A DNA stretch of 47,979 nt from Antricoccus sp. (GTDB taxonomy: Bacteria > Actinomycetota > Actinomycetes > Mycobacteriales > Antricoccaceae), in assembly GCA_039923595.1 (NCBI GenBank), contig JBDTCL010000038.1, positions 1 through 47,979 of the forward strand. Reading direction: 5' to 3'. The position numbers were made by a program, and so were the translations under genes. This document shows positions 23,367 through 33,042 of the stretch, piece by piece. Position 1 is the first letter of the stretch. The number at the start of each line of letters is the position of its first letter. The notes beneath the pieces were generated by a model. The model was given only the letters and a program-made list of their open reading frames with translations. It searched no databases and was not told the origin of the DNA.

Positions 23367-23447
23367 CAACGGATTTCAGGTCCGCTGTTGTTATCTTATC
23401 GTAAAGCCAGAGTGGTGCGCCGCTGCCCAGCAGGTAGATTTCATTAG

Positions 23448-23912
23448 ATGCCATCGATATTGGTCGTTCATCACACCGTTTCTCCGGCAACCGCCGAGAT
23501 GCTCGATGCGGTGCTGCAGGGTCTTCAAATCGACGAACTTGCCGCGTTAAGTGTCTGTTCACGACCAGCGTTGAGCGCTTCGCCGTCTGACACGCTCGCG
23601 GCCGACGGTGTGCTATTGCTCAGCCCGGTCAATATCGGTTATATATCGGGGGCGTTAAAGCATTACTTCGACACGGTGTATTACCCGTGCCTTGAGGCTA
23701 CGACCGGATTGCCATTCGGCGCAGTGCTTTCCAGCGGTCAGGACGCTTCTGGCGCCTTGCGTGCACTGAGCAGTATCACTACGGGTATGCAGTGGAAGCC
23801 CGTCGCTGAGCCGCTGGTGATCAGCGGGTCCCCTGACCGCGCCCAGCGCGAGCAACTCATGGAGCTAGCCGCAACTGTGGGCGCCTACGCCAGCGGACTG
23901 ATCAGCGAGTGA
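23448..23912 (+). CDS. Flavodoxin family protein (NADPH-dependent FMN reductase-like)
   Basis: ILVVHHTVSP and ADGVLLLSPVNIGYISGALKHYFDTVYYPCL motifs. TAGATT lies 7 nt before ATG (leaderless). Confidence 0.87.
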   Translation: MPSILVVHHTVSPATAEMLDAVLQGLQIDELAALSVCSRPALSASPSDTLAADGVLLLSPVNIGYISGALKHYFDTVYYPCLEATTGLPFGAVLSSGQDASGALRALSSITTGMQWKPVAEPLVISGSPDRAQREQLMELAATVGAYASGLISE

Positions 23913-23916
23913 CACT

Positions 23917-26052
23917 TCAGATACCAGCTCGATCCATCGCTTTAAGTTCTTGCTTAAGGTCTTTTACTTCATCCCGGATTCGGGCAGCGAGTTCGAATTT
24001 CAGATCTCGAGCCGCGTTCAGCATTTGGTCAGAGAGCTTGCCAATGAGATCCGATAACTCCGTCCGAGGCATCGAGGCAATATTCTCCAGACGCTCCCCG
24101 CTAAGTGCAGCATCGCTATCAACAGCGCCACTGCGCGATCGGTGATCTGCGCCGCGCTTGGCCGATTTACCACGCGATTGAGCACGGCCGCTGCCGATGG
24201 AGGCGACCTCATCTTCAGCTTCGCGATAAATATCATCAAGAATGTCGATAATTTTTTTGCGCAACGGCTGCGGATCGACACCCCGCTCGAGGTTGTAAGC
24301 GATCTGTTTGTCACGTCGCCGATTGGTTTCCTCAATTGCGGTACGCATCGATGCAGTGACCGTATCGGCATACATATGGACTTGACCAGAAACGTTGCGG
24401 GCCGCTCGACCGATCGTCTGGATGAGCGAGGTTCCGGAGCGCAGAAACCCCTCTTTATCGGCATCGAGGATTGACACCAGCGACACTTCAGGGAGGTCTA
24501 GACCTTCGCGTAACAAGTTAATCCCCACCAGCACGTCGTAATCGCCCTTGCGCAACTCACGCAGCAGCTCGACGCGCCGTAGCGTGTCGACCTCGCTATG
24601 GAGGTAACGCACCCGAATCCCCAGGTTGAGCAGATAGTCAGTGAGATCTTCAGACATTTTTTTAGTCAGTGTCGTCACCAGCACGCGTTCATTACGCTCG
24701 GAACGGATCCGGATTTCATGAACCAGGTCATCGATCTGCCCTTTCGTGGGTTTGACGACCACTTCTGGGTCCACTAGTCCGGTCGGCCTGATGACTTGCT
24801 CAACGAACTCGCCGTTGCTCAGCCCTAATTCGTACTTTGCTGGCGTGGCGGACAAATAGACGGTCTGACCGACCCGTTCGCGGAACTCCTCGAACTTCAG
24901 CGGCCGGTTGTCCATCGCACTCGGTAGCCGGAAGCCATGCTCAACCAGGGTCCGCTTGCGCGACATGTCACCCTCATACATCGCACCAATTTGCGGCACC
25001 GTTGCATGCGACTCATCGAGCACCAACAAGAAATCCTCTGGGAAATAGTCCAGCAGGCACGACGGCGCGGAGCCGGTGGCACGCCCATCTAGGTGACGAG
25101 AGTAATTCTCGATGCCAGAGCAGAAGCCCACCTGACGCATCATCTCGATGTCGTAGGTGGTGCGCATCCGTAGGCGTTGTGCCTCCAGCAGTTTGCCTTG
25201 CTTTTCCATGCTCGCCAGCTGCATCTCAAGCTCAGCCTCGATACCGCGAATTGCCCGCTCGATCGAGTCGGTTCCGGCTGCGTAATGGGTCGCCGGAAAG
25301 ATGAACATCTCCTCGACTTCGCGCACAATCTCACCGGTAAGCGGATGCAGGTAGTACAACCGCTCGATCTCGTCACCGAACATCTCGATCCGAACGGCGA
25401 GCTCTTCGTATGCGGGAATGACCTCAATTGTGTCCCCACGCACGCGGAAGGTGCCGCGGCTAAAGGCGATGTCGTTGCGTTGGTACTGCATATCGACCAG
25501 TTTGCGAAGCATCAGATCGCGATCAAACTGGCCTCCCACGTTCAGCCGGATACTGGAATCGATGTACTCCTGCGGCGTGCCGAGGCCGTAAATGCACGAC
25601 ACAGTAGCGACCACAATCACATCGCGGCGAGTGAGCAGGCTGCGGGTCGCTGAGTGCCGTAACCGTTCAACCTCCTCGTTAACCGACGAGTCCTTCTCGA
25701 TATAGGTATCGGTCTGCGGGACATAGGCCTCAGGCTGGTAATAGTCGTAATAGGACACGAAATATTCGACCGCGTTGTTTGGCATCAACTCGCGAAACTC
25801 GTTAGCCAGCTGTGCTGCAAGGGTCTTATTGTGGGCCATCACCAGGGTTGGCCGCTGGAGCTTCTCAATGAGCCAGGCGGTACTGGCAGATTTGCCGGTG
25901 CCCGTGGCGCCCAGCAACACCACATTTTGCTCGCCCGCGCGGATTCGACGCTCCATGTCAGCAATCGCGGTCGGCTGATCGCCGGACGGTACGTAGTCAC
26001 TGATGACTTTGAACTCGCCGGCTGTAGGGATGAGGTCTGTCTTAGCTCGCAC
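23917..26052 (-). CDS. uvrB: Excinuclease ABC subunit B
   Basis: [50 protein letters not shown] and a C-terminal UVR domain. Start set to GTG 26052, 6 nt after the -10. Confidence 0.98.
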   Translation of the reverse strand: MRAKTDLIPTAGEFKVISDYVPSGDQPTAIADMERRIRAGEQNVVLLGATGTGKSASTAWLIEKLQRPTLVMAHNKTLAAQLANEFRELMPNNAVEYFVSYYDYYQPEAYVPQTDTYIEKDSSVNEEVERLRHSATRSLLTRRDVIVVATVSCIYGLGTPQEYIDSSIRLNVGGQFDRDLMLRKLVDMQYQRNDIAFSRGTFRVRGDTIEVIPAYEELAVRIEMFGDEIERLYYLHPLTGEIVREVEEMFIFPATHYAAGTDSIERAIRGIEAELEMQLASMEKQGKLLEAQRLRMRTTYDIEMMRQVGFCSGIENYSRHLDGRATGSAPSCLLDYFPEDFLLVLDESHATVPQIGAMYEGDMSRKRTLVEHGFRLPSAMDNRPLKFEEFRERVGQTVYLSATPAKYELGLSNGEFVEQVIRPTGLVDPEVVVKPTKGQIDDLVHEIRIRSERNERVLVTTLTKKMSEDLTDYLLNLGIRVRYLHSEVDTLRRVELLRELRKGDYDVLVGINLLREGLDLPEVSLVSILDADKEGFLRSGTSLIQTIGRAARNVSGQVHMYADTVTASMRTAIEETNRRRDKQIAYNLERGVDPQPLRKKIIDILDDIYREAEDEVASIGSGRAQSRGKSAKRGADHRSRSGAVDSDAALSGERLENIASMPRTELSDLIGKLSDQMLNAARDLKFELAARIRDEVKDLKQELKAMDRAGI

Positions 26053-26058
26053 ACACAC

Positions 26059-26080
26059 AGCGTACGACCAGCCACCGACA
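26059..26080 (-). promoter_or_regulatory. PafBC-type (RecA-NDp) promoter of uvrB, leaderless
   Basis: Minus strand reads TGTCGG-tggctggtcg-TACGCT-N6-GTG, a perfect match to the consensus. Confidence 0.85.
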
Positions 26081-26163
26081 TTGCAATTGCGATCACCTGA
26101 AAGAATCAACCCTCCCCCGCTTCACATTCGCAAACGACCTAAACACATATTGGAAGGACCTCC

Positions 26164-28290
26164 ATGGAGATCTGGCCCGGCAAGGCCTATCCCTTAGGTG
26201 CCACGTACGACGGTGCGGGCACCAATTTTAGTATCTTCAGCGAGGCAGCTGAAAAGATCGAGCTGATCCTCTTGACCGACGATGACGACGACCACACCAC
26301 GATCGTCATGCCAGAGGTCGACGGCCATGTCTGGCACTGTTATCTGCCCAGGATCAGTCCTGGCCAGGAATATGGCTACCGTGTTTATGGTCCGTACGAA
26401 CCAGCCGCGGGATTACGCTGCAATCCCGCCAAGCTGTTGCTCGACCCGTACGCCAAGGCAATCAACGGACACAACGATTGGGATCCGTGTCTTTTCGGTT
26501 ATGACTTTGACGATCCAACGCAACCGAATACCGCAGATTCCGCTCCCCACGCGATGCGTTCGGTGGTGATCAACCCGTTTTTTGATTGGGGCAACGACCA
26601 CCATCCGCAGACTCCTTATCACTCGAGCGTGATCTACGAAGCGCACGTCAAAGGCTTGACCCAGACGCATCCAGATATTCCTGAGGAGATTCGTGGCACC
26701 TACGCCGCGGTCGCCCATCCGGTCATCATCGAACATCTGAAGAAGCTCGGTATCACGGCGCTGGAATTGATGCCGGTGCACCAGTTCGTACAAGATCAAC
26801 ATCTCGTCGATCAAGGCCTGACTAACTATTGGGGCTACAACACCATCGGCTTCTTTGCCCCGCAAAGCACCTATTCAGCGTCCGGTGGCACCGGCGATCA
26901 GGTGCCGGAATTCAAGGCAATGGTGCGGGCATTACACGCCGAAGGCATCGAGGTCATTCTCGACGTCGTGTACAACCACACCGCCGAGGGAAATCATCTG
27001 GGCCCGACCCTCAGTTTCCGGGGCATCGATAATGCCGCGTATTACCGGCTTTCCGAGGAAGATCGGACGTACTACGTCGATTACACCGGCACCGGAAATT
27101 CGCTCAATGTCCGGCAGCCGCACTCGCTGCAGCTGATCATGGACTCTCTTCGCTACTGGGTCACCGAAATGCATGTCGACGGCTTTCGATTCGACCTTGC
27201 TTCGACCCTCGCGCGCGAATTGCATGACGTCGATCGACTGTCGGCATTCTTTGACCTCGTCCAGCAAGATCCAGTGGTCAGCCAGGTGAAGCTCATCGCC
27301 GAACCGTGGGATATTGGCGATGGCGGCTACCAGGTAGGCAACTTTCCGCCGCTGTGGACCGAATGGAATGGCAAGTACCGAGATACGGTGCGCGATTTTT
27401 GGCGCGGCGAGCCAGCGACTCTGGGCGAATTCGCATCGCGCCTGACCGGCTCGGCAGATCTTTACGCACACAATGGTCGCCGGCCGGCGGCGAGTATCAA
27501 CTTCGTGACCGTCCACGACGGGTTCACATTGCACGATCTGGTCTCCTACGAACAGAAGCGCAATGATGCCAACGGTGAAGAGAACCGCGACGGCGAAAGC
27601 CACAACCGGTCCTGGAACTCGGGAGTTGAAGGACCGACCGATGATCCTGCGGTGCGCGAGCTTCGCGCGCGCCGCAGACGAAATTTCATAGCAACCCTGA
27701 TGCTCTCCCAAGGCGTGCCGATGATTTCGCACGGGGATGAGCTTGCGCGCACCCAGGGCGGAAACAACAACACGTACTGCCAGGACAACGAGATCGCCTG
27801 GATTGACTGGGCGCATATGGACGCGGACCTGGTTGAGTTCACTGCGGGACTTTCTGCCTTGCGCGCTCAGCACCCCGCTTTTCGCAGGCGGCGGTTCTTT
27901 GATGGCCATCCAGTTCCCGGTGAAAAGGGCGCTGAGGGCAACGACATCGCTTGGCTGACTCACACAGGCGAGGAGATGACCGCTGACGATTGGGATTCGG
28001 GATTCGGCAAAACCATCATGGTCTTCCTCAACGGTCAGGGCATTCGAGATACCGATGAACGCGGCCAGCCCGTTGTCGACCAGTCATTTTTAATGTGCTT
28101 CAACGGGCACGATGAAGATCTCGATTTCACGATCCCAAGTTCGGGAGATGACCTTGCTTGGCAACTGGTCGTCGATACCGCGACGGGACAATCAACACCG
28201 GCACTCGCTCCAGAGCCCGTAGGGGAAACGATCACCGTGGCAGCCCGTTCGATGGTCGTCTGCCGGGAGGCCGATCATCAAACCCAATGA
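26164..28290 (+). CDS. glgX: Glycogen debranching enzyme (isoamylase) GlgX/TreX
   Basis: WPGKAYPLGATYDG, NYWGY, DVVYNHTAEG, DGFRFDLA, IAEPWD and HDGFTL (GH13) motifs. Confidence 0.97.
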   Translation: MEIWPGKAYPLGATYDGAGTNFSIFSEAAEKIELILLTDDDDDHTTIVMPEVDGHVWHCYLPRISPGQEYGYRVYGPYEPAAGLRCNPAKLLLDPYAKAINGHNDWDPCLFGYDFDDPTQPNTADSAPHAMRSVVINPFFDWGNDHHPQTPYHSSVIYEAHVKGLTQTHPDIPEEIRGTYAAVAHPVIIEHLKKLGITALELMPVHQFVQDQHLVDQGLTNYWGYNTIGFFAPQSTYSASGGTGDQVPEFKAMVRALHAEGIEVILDVVYNHTAEGNHLGPTLSFRGIDNAAYYRLSEEDRTYYVDYTGTGNSLNVRQPHSLQLIMDSLRYWVTEMHVDGFRFDLASTLARELHDVDRLSAFFDLVQQDPVVSQVKLIAEPWDIGDGGYQVGNFPPLWTEWNGKYRDTVRDFWRGEPATLGEFASRLTGSADLYAHNGRRPAASINFVTVHDGFTLHDLVSYEQKRNDANGEENRDGESHNRSWNSGVEGPTDDPAVRELRARRRRNFIATLMLSQGVPMISHGDELARTQGGNNNTYCQDNEIAWIDWAHMDADLVEFTAGLSALRAQHPAFRRRRFFDGHPVPGEKGAEGNDIAWLTHTGEEMTADDWDSGFGKTIMVFLNGQGIRDTDERGQPVVDQSFLMCFNGHDEDLDFTIPSSGDDLAWQLVVDTATGQSTPALAPEPVGETITVAARSMVVCREADHQTQ

Positions 28291-30496
28291 TCGGAAAGGC
28301 AACATCGTCCCTGCGCCCCCGCGGTCGACCTATCGGATTCAGCTCAGCGCTGACAAGCATGAAACGCTAGATGCGGCACGGGAGATATTGCCGTATTTAG
28401 CGGATCTCGGCGTCGAAACCGTGTACGTCCCGCCGGTGCTTCAATCTGCTGAAGGATCGAACCACGGCTATGACGTGGTGGACCCGACGATGGTCGATCA
28501 AGGCCGCGGCGGCGAAGACGCCTGGACGCGTTTCACCGATGCGGCGCATCGGCTCGGTTTGAAGGTGCTGCTGGACATCGTGCCCAATCATGTCGGGGTC
28601 GCCGATGTCGCAGCAAATGCGGCCTGGACGTCGGTACTTGATCGCGGGTCGTCGTCGCAGTTCTGGGACTTTTTCGATATCGACGCTTCAGTCGGCAAGT
28701 TGCGACTGCCCGCTCAGGCGTCGGGAGCGGCGCCGATCGAACATCCGAACTACATCGAGTGTGCGTGGGACGCTCCTGATACGCCGTCATACCGCCGATT
28801 CTTCAATATCAACGATTTAGCCGGGATTCGCCAGGAGCGACCGGCGGTCTACCGATGGTCGCATCGCAAAGTGCTGGAATGGGTACGTACCGGCAAGGTC
28901 GACGCACTTCGCATTGACCATGTCGATGGCTTAGCTGATCCATTGGGCTATATCAGTCAGTTGCGCCATGACCTGCCTGATACGTGGATCATCATCGAGA
29001 AGATCCTCGAACCAGGTGAACGGCTCGATCCACGATATGAGTGCCAAGGAACCACTGGCTACGACACCCTTCCCTATTTAGATCGAATCCTCATTGATCC
29101 TCGTAGCGAGCGAGTGCTGGCCGAACTCGATGCTGAGCTTGACCCCGCACGTAACATGCCTGCCGCAATGATCCTCGCTATCAAACGGGAGAAGCTTGCA
29201 AAGGTTTTCGGCCCCGAGCTGCGTCGACTCGCGCGTTGTGCGCCCGAAATCCCCGACGCGCAAGCCGCGCTGACTGAAGTTCTCGTCCAATTCGACATCT
29301 ATCGCGCTACAGTGCCCTACCTCGTCGAACATCTTGATAGGGCCGTTGCTACTGCAAGTCTGGCGGCTACTCATCTGGCAGAATCGATAATCCTTCTCGG
29401 CGTTCGACTGCGCGATCCCGATGATGAACTCAGTATTCGATACCAGCAGACCACCGGACCAATGATGGGTGTCGCGATCGAAAACACGGCATTTTTTCGA
29501 TGCGCCGGTCTCGTCTCCCGCGCAGAGGTTGGCGGCGCGCTCGACTGGTGGGCTTGCACACCTGCCGAACTGCACGCATTCTTTGAGTGGCAGCAATCTA
29601 CGATCCCGCAGACAATGACTGCCCTATCGACTCATGACACGAAACGTGGTGAGGACACTCGGGCGCGTATTGCGGTGCTCAGTGAGTACGCAGACGAGTG
29701 GGCAGCAGATATGCGCCGCTGGTGCGCACAATCACCGCCGCCCTCCTATAACCTGGCCACTCATCTGTTGCAGGCGCTGCTGGGCGCATGGCCCGTTTCG
29801 CCAACCGACCTGAAGGAATATCTGCAGAAATCAGCCCGCGAAGCAGGCGAACAATCTTCGTGGAGCGCGGTCGACGCAGATTTTGAAGCAGCCATGTTTG
29901 ACTGGATTAATCTTTTCGCGGACGGCCCACACCGGGCCGACCTAGACCGTTGGCTAGGACGAATCGAGAGCTTTGGTTGGTCCAATTCACTGACTCAGAA
30001 GCTGCTTCAACTATGTTGCCCCGGGATTCCCGATATATATCGGGGAAGTGAAGTTTGGAATGCAACATTAGTCGATCCGCTCAATCGCAAGCCAATCGAT
30101 TATCAACAGCTAAGCCAGCAACTGAAGTCGATCACCGAACCCCCATTAATTGACTCCACGGGCTCAGCCAAAATGCACCTCGTACGCACGCTTTTGCAAT
30201 TGCGTCGCGATCAACCACACCTGTTCGGCGGATACCGACCGATCGGCGCAACAGGCCCGCGTGCTGAACACCTAATCGGTTTTGAGCGGCGGAATCTGAT
30301 CGCCATCGGCACTCGATTGCCAGCGACCCTGGTGGCCGCAGGCAACTGGGCAGACGAGCAAATCACCCTGCCAGATGGAATCTGGACGGACGCACTCACT
30401 GGCAGAACGGCGCGCGGAGCGTGCTCAGTCGCCGATCTTTTGTGCCAGTATCCGATCGCGGCTTTGGTCCGAGATGACGGCCGAACAAGCATTTAA
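28277..30496 (+). CDS. treY: Malto-oligosyltrehalose synthase (start codon uncertain)
   Basis: GSNHGYDVVDP, LDIVPNHVG, YRRFF, RIDHVDGL, EKIL and STHDTKRGED motifs. The conserved N-terminal PRSTYRIQL lies in frame at about 28319-28345, upstream of the first TTG (28388). The start shown is a candidate ATC. Confidence 0.88.
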   Translation: MKPNDRKGNIVPAPPRSTYRIQLSADKHETLDAAREILPYLADLGVETVYVPPVLQSAEGSNHGYDVVDPTMVDQGRGGEDAWTRFTDAAHRLGLKVLLDIVPNHVGVADVAANAAWTSVLDRGSSSQFWDFFDIDASVGKLRLPAQASGAAPIEHPNYIECAWDAPDTPSYRRFFNINDLAGIRQERPAVYRWSHRKVLEWVRTGKVDALRIDHVDGLADPLGYISQLRHDLPDTWIIIEKILEPGERLDPRYECQGTTGYDTLPYLDRILIDPRSERVLAELDAELDPARNMPAAMILAIKREKLAKVFGPELRRLARCAPEIPDAQAALTEVLVQFDIYRATVPYLVEHLDRAVATASLAATHLAESIILLGVRLRDPDDELSIRYQQTTGPMMGVAIENTAFFRCAGLVSRAEVGGALDWWACTPAELHAFFEWQQSTIPQTMTALSTHDTKRGEDTRARIAVLSEYADEWAADMRRWCAQSPPPSYNLATHLLQALLGAWPVSPTDLKEYLQKSAREAGEQSSWSAVDADFEAAMFDWINLFADGPHRADLDRWLGRIESFGWSNSLTQKLLQLCCPGIPDIYRGSEVWNATLVDPLNRKPIDYQQLSQQLKSITEPPLIDSTGSAKMHLVRTLLQLRRDQPHLFGGYRPIGATGPRAEHLIGFERRNLIAIGTRLPATLVAAGNWADEQITLPDGIWTDALTGRTARGACSVADLLCQYPIAALVRDDGRTSI

Positions 30497-30511
30497 AGGT
30501 CGATTTCTGGA

Positions 30512-31384
30512 TTAGTTCGGCGCGGCAAGCTGGCCCTTGAGATCGGGTACGTCGAAATCCATCTGTGGGTACTGCGGATTGATATCACGCATCGTTTCGA
30601 GCAATAATCGGCTTATCGCCCAGTTGCGGTACCACTTATGATCTGCTGGGATTGAGTACCAGGGCGCACCGTCAGAGTTGCATTTGGTCAAGGCGTCGAG
30701 GTACGCCACTTGATAGTCAGCCCAATAGCCACGCTCTTTGATGTCGCCGAAATTAAACTTCCAGTGCTTATTTGGGTCATCGAGTCGGGCTATGAGCCGC
30801 TCGCGCTGCATCGAGAAAGACACGTTGAGAAAACATTTGATAATTCGGCATCCGCTCGCGGCTAAATCAGCTTCAAAGCCGTTGATGGCTTCGTAGCGAG
30901 CGGTCCATTCTGCCTCAGGAATCAGATCGTGGACCCGAACGATCAATACGTCCTCGTATTGCGAGCGATCGAAAATACCTATCGTGCCGGGCTCCGGGAG
31001 CGCCTTGGTTACTCGCCACAGAAAATCGTGAGCGAGTTCCTCCTTGGTTGGCGCCTTGAACGAACGGAGTAATAGCCCAGCAGGATTGATCAATCCAAAT
31101 ACATGCTCGACGATCCCACCTTTCCCCGAGGTATCCATACCTTGGAGCACGATGAGCACCCGATCAACATCGTCTGCCTGTGCCTGCGCATACAGCTTTT
31201 CTTGCAGATCTGTGAGTTCGGGGCCGTACTTCTTCATCTGCTTCTTCGTGTGCGACTTCTTGCCCGGTGCCAGCGGAGTGGCGGCCGGATGAATTTCTTG
31301 CAGGTGCGCCCGAGCATCTCCTGGATCGGGCGGAATCTGCAAAACGTCCCGCAGCGAAAAATCGTCCTTATCGTTCTTTCCCAT
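30512..31384 (-). CDS. ppk2: Polyphosphate kinase 2 family (polyP:nucleotide phosphotransferase)
   Basis: Walker A QGMDTSGKGG, FKAPT.EELAHDFLWR, FDRSQYEDVL and PADHKWYRN motifs. TAGGCT lies 6 nt before ATG 31384 (leaderless). Confidence 0.93.
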   Translation of the reverse strand: MGKNDKDDFSLRDVLQIPPDPGDARAHLQEIHPAATPLAPGKKSHTKKQMKKYGPELTDLQEKLYAQAQADDVDRVLIVLQGMDTSGKGGIVEHVFGLINPAGLLLRSFKAPTKEELAHDFLWRVTKALPEPGTIGIFDRSQYEDVLIVRVHDLIPEAEWTARYEAINGFEADLAASGCRIIKCFLNVSFSMQRERLIARLDDPNKHWKFNFGDIKERGYWADYQVAYLDALTKCNSDGAPWYSIPADHKWYRNWAISRLLLETMRDINPQYPQMDFDVPDLKGQLAAPN

Positions 31385-31402
31385 CAACCCAGCCTAGTTG
31401 TA

Positions 31403-32170
31403 TCAGCTCCAGACTTCGATCGGAGATTGCGACATTAGCCGGGACGAGCCTGCATCAAGGATTTCAGCTCCGTCGGCGAATGCCAAAGAAGTGGAGAAGG
31501 CGGCAGCCGCAGCCAGCAGGTTCCATGCCCTGCGATTCACCCTCGTTCGCCACGTCGCTGCATCTTCTTGAAGTGCTTCAACGGTGCGATCAGATCTGAG
31601 TTGGGTAATGAAAAAGGCCGTCGTTTCAATCGAGTGCCCACCGCGGCGCAATGAATGGGCAACTTCGGTATCGTCGCGGTCATCCCCGTCATATGCTCTT
31701 GTCCATTTTCACGAACGCGAACCGGATTCAAGATGCCGCCGCGTTCCCATCCGCGAAGCGCGGCAGGAATAATCCATATCTGTGTGCAGGACACCGATAC
31801 TGAACGGAGCCGCTAAAGAAACGGCGATCGCGCAGAGTTTCCCGATACCCGCTGGAATGCCATCCACAATGCGTAGGGTTTCCCGACCTTTCAGAAGCCG
31901 ACAATGCTCACGCTCGACAAGTTCAAGTGCCTAATCAATCTGGCCGGAATTCACAGCCGCCATAATCTTTCGCGCCGCACGATGTCCGGCTGCGCGCACG
32001 AATGCGATGAACGCTCGCAACGCGCCGAGTTTGAACCCTCGATAATGAAGGCAGCCGTTCTGGGTCCGCCAGGCTCGTCGGAGCACGCCCTGCTCCTCAT
32101 AATTGCGAATTTCCTGCACCTTAAAACCGACATCACGAGCCAAATCAACGGGGCGCCGATGGGTTAGTTT
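31403..32170 (-). pseudogene. Degraded tandem MerR-HTH (TioE-like) transcriptional regulator
   Basis: Consecutive fragments: RPVDLARDVGFKVQEIRNYEEQGVL..LGALRAF..GHRAARKIMAAV, an in-frame TAG (31931-31933), then ALELVEREH.RLL..RETL..FSIGVL. A frameshift near 31785 gives IPAALRGWERGGILNPVR, and a second near 31695 gives YDGDDRDDTEVAHSLRRGGHSIE..WRTRVNRRAWNLLAAAAA. Confidence 0.8.
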
Positions 32171-32245
32171 GCGGGTTTTACTAGTTGCGCCGCGTGATCT
32201 GCGAGAAAACATCCAATCGGTGCTTTGCATCTACCGTATAAACAC

Positions 32246-32377
32246 ATGGAAACGACTGCTGCGGCGCAGCACCGCCGCACAACACCGACTGAGCCCAACT
32301 TCTCGCCGAACCACGAGGACTTACCAGAGATGCAGAGGTACCACGCCATCGAAGTTCAACTTTGCTGCAACGAATGA
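32246..32377 (+). CDS. Candidate 43-aa leaderless small ORF coupled to the downstream gene
   Basis: TACCGT-N8-ATG, encoding METTAAAQHRRTTPTEPNFSPNHEDLPEMQRYHAIEVQLCCNE*. Its TGA overlaps the next ATG (ATGA). No homology recognised. Confidence 0.25.
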   Translation: METTAAAQHRRTTPTEPNFSPNHEDLPEMQRYHAIEVQLCCNE

Positions 32378-32889
32378 TCCTTCCCAAGATTCGAGACCCT
32401 CGTCTGGTGACGGTGCGCCGTGGCGGTTCGCTGAGTGACGCCGATCATCACGCTCTAGCGCGCTGGGCAGCCGATTGCGCCAAGCATGTCCTCGACCTGT
32501 TTGAGCGATCCAAACCGGCAGATGCTCGCCCGCGCAACGCAATCGACGCTGCCCGCGCTTGGGCGCGCGGGGTAGCACCAATGATGGCGACCCGTGCGCT
32601 AGGTGGTCATGCCATGGGCGCGGCGCGGCCACTGAGGGGCGCCCCCCGATTCGCTGCTTACGCGGCCGGTCAGGCCGCCTGCGTGGCGCATGTTCCCGAG
32701 CATGACCTCGGTGCTGCCGCGTATTCAATCAAGGCGGTACAGGCTGCCGCCTCGGCCGATCATCGGTTTGCAGCGGGGCTTGCCGAACGCGATTGGCAGC
32801 GAAGCCAACTTCCCGAGCAGCTTCGAGAGCTGGTATTGCAGGACCAGCAGCGCAGAAACAGCATCTGCTGGAACGTTTTCGATGATTGA
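32374..32889 (+). CDS. Putative immunity protein (Imm-5-like helical domain)
   Basis: MILPKIRDPRLVTVRRGGSLSDADHHALARWAADCAKHVL..DARPRNAI..AYAAGQAACVAHVPEHDLGAAAY..ERDWQRSQLP matches a widespread actinobacterial family as I recall it. Confidence 0.75.
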   Translation: MILPKIRDPRLVTVRRGGSLSDADHHALARWAADCAKHVLDLFERSKPADARPRNAIDAARAWARGVAPMMATRALGGHAMGAARPLRGAPRFAAYAAGQAACVAHVPEHDLGAAAYSIKAVQAAASADHRFAAGLAERDWQRSQLPEQLRELVLQDQQRRNSICWNVFDD

Positions 32890-33042
32890 CATCGGCCACC
32901 GCTGAGATCACCGATCAGGCAAACATTCATCGAACGCCGCTTCGACATCCTCGCTAGCTTCGGGCAAAATGATTGAGAAACAAGTCATGCGCAGAACCAT
33001 CACTTGCCAGCCGTGGAAATCGATCGTGAGGACAACAAGAAC

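Noticed and set aside
23229-23369. N-terminal extension of TerC in the ORF track
   Set aside because: Coincides with the riboswitch; the SD and ATG are at 23228.
26050-26059. Short (CA)n run before uvrB
   Set aside because: Too short for a phase-variable repeat. It is the -10-to-start spacer plus the GTG.
26932-27963. 343-aa minus-strand ORF
   Set aside because: Antisense shadow of glgX, expected in GC-rich coding DNA.
32374-32889. Toxin-immunity or defence system
   Set aside because: No toxin, secretion or nuclease partner nearby; the family name alone does not establish an immunity function.
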